A program made the translations under genes and the position numbers. Source: Aestuariivirga sp. (GTDB lineage Bacteria > Pseudomonadota > Alphaproteobacteria > Rhizobiales > Aestuariivirgaceae). From it: a stretch of 64,000 nt of DNA. Below are positions 60,431 through 64,000 of this stretch, one piece after another (within the stretch, counting starts at the first letter, position 1; every line of letters starts with the position of its first letter). The stretch spans positions 3,213,823 through 3,277,822 of the forward strand of contig NZ_JASGKP010000001.1 in NCBI RefSeq assembly GCF_047600585.1. The letters run 5' to 3'. The notes below the pieces were generated by a model. That model was not told where the DNA came from. It searched no databases and was given only the letters and a program-made list of their open reading frames with translations.

Positions 60431-61312
60431 TCACCATACGGGCGCGGGGAGGTAGCGGGCGAAGATGCTGGCGGTGGTGCCCGATTCTTCCAGCTTGTCG
60501 AGAGCCTCGTCGAAGCGGTCGCGCACCGCGGCCTTGTCGGCCCGCACCACATAGACGAGCGGGCGCGAGAAGGTTTCGGTGTCGATCACCGCTCCGCCCA
60601 GTGCAGCACAGCACTTGCGGGCGCCGTCGCTGTTCATCCAGAAGGACATGTGGAGGCTGTCGCCGAAGGCCACGTCAAGAGCACCCGTGCGCAGTGCCTC
60701 GAACATGGTGGCTTCATCCGGTTGCGCCACCAGCTGCGACTTGTCGTAGTGCGCCTTGAGGAAAGCCTCGTGCGCCGTGCCGCCCACCACGCCCACGCGG
60801 CGGCCCGCGAGGGAGCGCGGATCGGCGGCCGCCACTTGCGTGCCGCGGCGGATCATGAAGCGCCCCATGGAGCGGAAATAGGGGCGGGTCAGCGCCATGT
60901 TGGTCATGAGATCGTTGTTGAGGCGGAGGCCCGAGATGATCGCATCGCCATCGCCTTTGAGGAGCGCAGGCAGAAGCCCGGTGAAAGGTGTCGCCGAAAT
61001 CTCGCAGGTGAGGCCCGCCTCGGTGCAGGCGGCGCGGGCAAGATCGACCGAGATGCCGGCGAGCGTGCCGTCATCGAGGGTGAAGCTCCACGGCGCGAAG
61101 TCGGGCTCGGCCAAAAGCCGGATGGTGGGGAGCGGCGTGCGCTCCGCATGGGGCGCATCGGCATCGATGGCGCGGAAGCGCGGAATGGGGATCTGCTCCA
61201 CCGCCGGGGCCTCGGGCTGCTCCTGGGCGGAGGCCGGCAGGGCGCCGAGAATCAGCAGCATGGCGAGCGTGGCGCCAAGACGCCGCGTATTTGCGGAAAA
61301 GCCGGAAATCAT
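60431..61312 (-). CDS. Amino-acid ABC-type substrate-binding domain protein (orphan)
   Basis: EPDFAPWSF, LAGISVDLA, PYFRSMGRF, VGVVGGTAHE; no permease or ATPase adjacent; start uncertain. Confidence 0.85.
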   Translation of the reverse strand: MISGFSANTRRLGATLAMLLILGALPASAQEQPEAPAVEQIPIPRFRAIDADAPHAERTPLPTIRLLAEPDFAPWSFTLDDGTLAGISVDLARAACTEAGLTCEISATPFTGLLPALLKGDGDAIISGLRLNNDLMTNMALTRPYFRSMGRFMIRRGTQVAAADPRSLAGRRVGVVGGTAHEAFLKAHYDKSQLVAQPDEATMFEALRTGALDVAFGDSLHMSFWMNSDGARKCCAALGGAVIDTETFSRPLVYVVRADKAAVRDRFDEALDKLEESGTTASIFARYLPAPVW

Positions 61313-61571
61313 CCCAACATGCGCCCTTCGGTTGTGACCGGTTTCAAGGAAGCCCGGTTTTCAGCATGTCTTGGGCTTTCTGGAGGCTGGGTTGGGCGGC
61401 GGGCACGCAAGGAAAGGCGCATGGCAGACACTTGATCTCACGTCTGAGGTGAAGGGGCGGGGTGGTTCCGGTCGTTGCAATCTAGAGCAAGCTCCGGGCG
61501 ATTGCACGTGCTTGCAGCACGGGAACAGTGCGCCACCCCCCGCCTTACACAGCTTTCAGGAGCCTGCCGTC

Positions 61572-62175
61572 GTGCAAGACCTGCCGGTGCTGGCGGATGA
61601 GGCCCTGGCCGCCGCCCTGCAGCGGCTTTCCCGCCGGGAGACGCGCCTGTGCCTCCGTCACAAGCTCATCACCCTGCCGGAGAGGGATGGTGCCCCGCAC
61701 TACGCCGCCGCCAACGATCATGCCCTGCGCCGGGCCCGCCGTCTTGGCCTGCACGTCTCTGCCGTGGTGGATGGCGCGGCGTTCGATGCCGCCGTGCGCC
61801 ACGTGCTGGGACCGGAGCTGCTGCATCAGGCCACCCGCGCGCTGGCAGAGGATGCCGCCGAGCTTTCGGCCTTCCGCCGCCTCACACCGGAAGAAGCTGT
61901 GGCGGCAACCGCGCTCACGCTTTCTGCCGGGCTCGCCCTCATCCATTTTGACTCCGTCAAGATCCTCGTTGCCCTCACCCTGCTGGCAGGCGCGCTCTTC
62001 GCCATGATGGTAGCGATCCGGCTTTTTGCGCTTCTCTCCGGCAGCCGTCCCGTCAGTGCCCGCGCGCCGCCGCTCCGTGACGAGTCGCTTCCGGTCTACA
62101 CCGTGCTGGTGCCGCTCTTCCGGGAAACGGCCGTGCTTGAGCAACTGATCACCGGCCTTGTCCACCTGCACTATC
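61572..62175 (+). pseudogene. GT2 glycosyltransferase 5' fragment interrupted by IS
   Basis: GTG start after AGGAG; two TM helices, then LPVYTVLVPLFRETAVLEQLITGLVHLHYP. The frame runs into the IS end and stops at 62213, before the GT2 catalytic motifs. Confidence 0.8.
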
Positions 62176-62307
62176 CGGCCTTATGTATCAAGCGCACCAA
62201 TTCAAAAGCTTGAAAAAAGTCTAAAGGTGGCGTCCCGGCGTGTGAGTGGGATTTTGGCGCAGAGACGCCACCCATCCCATTGGCCCATAGGATGGTGACT
62301 TTTTATC

Positions 62308-62736
62308 ATGCAACCCCAAATACTCAATACCCTCGCCACCAAGCGCGCGGAGATCGAAAGCTACATCGCCCATCTGGAAACCGCCTTGGAGCAAGCCAGG
62401 CGCGACCTGTCCGCCATCTTGGCCGCCACGGCGGTATTCTCGGGCGAAGGCCCGCTTCCCAAGTCCTACATGAACCTGACACGGCTATTCCCCCGGTACG
62501 AGCTGCCCAAGCTATGCAAGCGGGCGCTTGAGACGGCCAATGCACCGATCTCCACGCGGGAGATCGCGGCCTACGTGATCCGGGAGAAGGGTTTGGACGG
62601 ACAGGATCGCCACCTCCGGAAGGCCATCGCCTACAAGGTTGTCAACATCATGCGGCGGTGGGAGCGGGACCGGAGGGTCGCTCGGACGGCAAAGGTCGCG
62701 GGCGCTATCGTTTGGCGCCCTTTTTCGTTGCCTTGA
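62308..62736 (+). CDS. IS passenger hypothetical protein (N-terminal coiled coil, C-terminal wHTH-like)
   Basis: LNTLATKRAEIESYIAHLE...ARRDLSAILAA; ISTREIAAYVIREKGL; type often seen at ends of IS1595 elements (from memory). Confidence 0.75.
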   Translation: MQPQILNTLATKRAEIESYIAHLETALEQARRDLSAILAATAVFSGEGPLPKSYMNLTRLFPRYELPKLCKRALETANAPISTREIAAYVIREKGLDGQDRHLRKAIAYKVVNIMRRWERDRRVARTAKVAGAIVWRPFSLP

Positions 62737-63400
62737 TCTTTGATGGCGCTTTTTTGGCTTTTTTCGCCGTCTTGGATTTCTTGACCTTTTTGCTGGCTGT
62801 GGAGGTTTTTGTAGGCAGCCGCTTCTTCTTCTTAATTATGTTCTGGGGCTCAGAAGCAAATTCAAAGATCGTAATGAGCGTGTTTATTGGCAGCTTGTCT
62901 TGTTCAAGTATCTTGAGTTCGTAGGTGGAAAGTTCCCGATTATTATCAACGCTGCGGTCCACTATGTATGGTTCAATCGTTTCACAGGAGTATGCCGCCA
63001 ACACATCTGTGAGACGGAGATAGACGTCAATCCTATGACCCTTTAGGTCGGTCCCGAGAAAAACGCCTGCGCAAGCTAGGGCATATATTTCGTTGGCTCG
63101 GGCCTGTTGCAGTGTCCGTGCGTTGTTAGGGTCCCGTGGGAGAAAAGGCTGAAGGCGAGCAATTACCAAACAGGTGAGGGCAGCTGCTTTCGCTGGATGC
63201 GTTCTGTGTCCATCCACTATTCGCCAACGCTTGTAAGCGTCATTCAGAAGAAAATAGCTTTCTGCAACGCTCTTTAGCAAATTAGATCGGAAAATGACCC
63301 CCTTGTCAGAGATCACTCCGGTTGAAATAAGTTCATCAGCTATCTCGCGAAGCAAATTTTCGCGCGCGCGAATTTCTTCGTCAGACGGAAAGTCTGCCAC
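62705..63400 (-). CDS. IS passenger protein, possible degenerate Doc/Fido fold, with Lys-rich tail
   Basis: 231 aa; KAAALTCLVIARLQPF...ANEIYALACAGVFL; C-terminal KKKKRLPTKTSTASKKVKKSKTAKKAKKAPSKIKATKKGAKR. Confidence 0.7.
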   Translation of the reverse strand: MADFPSDEEIRARENLLREIADELISTGVISDKGVIFRSNLLKSVAESYFLLNDAYKRWRIVDGHRTHPAKAAALTCLVIARLQPFLPRDPNNARTLQQARANEIYALACAGVFLGTDLKGHRIDVYLRLTDVLAAYSCETIEPYIVDRSVDNNRELSTYELKILEQDKLPINTLITIFEFASEPQNIIKKKKRLPTKTSTASKKVKKSKTAKKAKKAPSKIKATKKGAKR

Positions 63401-63428
63401 GATTACCTCAGATGAATGTAAGGCTTAC

Positions 63429-63629
63429 TCAGACCGAGTAAGAAGACAGTTTCTTAAGATTTTCCATAAGACCCGGCGAAACTCTAGACAGATTCTGCTT
63501 GAGTTTAGAATAGGTCAACTTGGAGTGGTTGTTATCTTCTTTTCGGCTATCAAGAGCCGTGACGGCTGGACCCCGGACAATTATCTTTGTCTCAGAGAGC
63601 GCGGAGTCGTCCACAATTTCGACTGCCAT
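63429..63629 (-). CDS. Small IS passenger protein (possible antitoxin-like partner)
   Basis: 66 aa directly upstream of 62705-63400, own promoter-like site, ends LMENLKKLSSY. Confidence 0.55.
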   Translation of the reverse strand: MAVEIVDDSALSETKIIVRGPAVTALDSRKEDNNHSKLTYSKLKQNLSRVSPGLMENLKKLSSYSV

Positions 63630-63643
63630 TTTCTTGACCTGCC

Positions 63644-63672
63644 ATTATAACAATAGGTTAGCCTGCAGTAAA
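63644..63672 (-). promoter_or_regulatory. Sigma70-like promoter for the passenger operon
   Basis: Minus strand TTTACT(63672-63667)-N17-TATAAT(63649-63644). Confidence 0.55.
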
Positions 63673-63721
63673 AACCGCGAGCTTTCTCTTGGACCGGGAT
63701 TGTCAATAAAAGCGCTATTTG

Positions 63722-64000
63722 TCAAGCGTTTTTCTGCCAATAGCCTTTCCATGACCGGCTAACGGGGTGATGCATGGACAGGGCGGCCAGACGCCCCGCC
63801 AGTTCGCCGTTTGACAGGCGGCGGTGATCTTCAAGCCAAGCAGCGTGGTTGGCGTACTGCCCAAGATACTTGCCCGAGACGTGGTGATGCTGACCCCGGA
63901 TCATCCGGCGAAGGCGGCTGAAGTAGCTTTCGACCTGATTTGTGCAGCTTTCCGGCGTGGCATAGGCGTCCGAATGGTTAACGCGGCCAACCTGCCAGCC
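63722..64000 (-). CDS. IS1595 family (ISXO2-like DDE) transposase, C-terminal part
   Basis: Frame open to the window edge: VNHSDAY...CTNQVESYFSRLRRMIRGQHHHVSGKYLGQYANHAAWLEDHRRLSNG...WKGYWQ. Confidence 0.93.
   Translation of the reverse strand, partial: GWQVGRVNHSDAYATPESCTNQVESYFSRLRRMIRGQHHHVSGKYLGQYANHAAWLEDHRRLSNGELAGRLAALSMHHPVSRSWKGYWQKNA

Larger units (their letters stand above)
62176..64000 (-). mobile_element. IS1595-family (ISNha5-like) element with passenger genes; extends beyond the window
   Basis: Abrupt composition change at CGGCCTTATGTATC (fits the CGGnnTT end as recalled for the ISNha5 subgroup); IS1595 transposase C-terminus at the window end. Confidence 0.8.

Overview
Chromosomal window from a high-GC alphaproteobacterium (Hyphomicrobiales-like: tRNA-His without G-1, class I LysRS, PdhS/PodJ-like polarity genes, agl/thu and yej operons). 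It has three parts. (1) Bases 1 to about 9076 are an AT-richer integrative element abutting the 3' end of tRNA-His, with phage-satellite (P4/PICI-like) architecture. It contains an AlpA-like HTH, a C4/CI-like antisense RNA switch with two target sites, a split primase plus Toprim-helicase, an iteron array, two copies of a spacing-conserved 89-bp putative packaging (cos-like) site and a stand-alone scaffold-like ORF. Its cargo is a TcmP + DUF5131 (three-Cys) pair and a small ORF + Fic pair. No integrase lies in the window, so the left end is presumably upstream of base 1. (2) About 9.1-62.1 kb is ordinary core genome: phasin, PdhS-like kinase, acetoacetate-CoA ligase, alpha-glucoside/trehalose operon, MCP, tRNA-Thr, murA, lysS, DinG, Lhr/PdeM, PodJ, nudC, pheA, a catalytically degenerate KdsB, cytochrome c, yejABEF and others. 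(3) From about 62176 to beyond 64000 an IS1595-family element with passenger genes (including a degenerate Doc-like protein with a Lys-rich tail) interrupts a GT2 glycosyltransferase. All calls are from reading the sequence; no searches were run.
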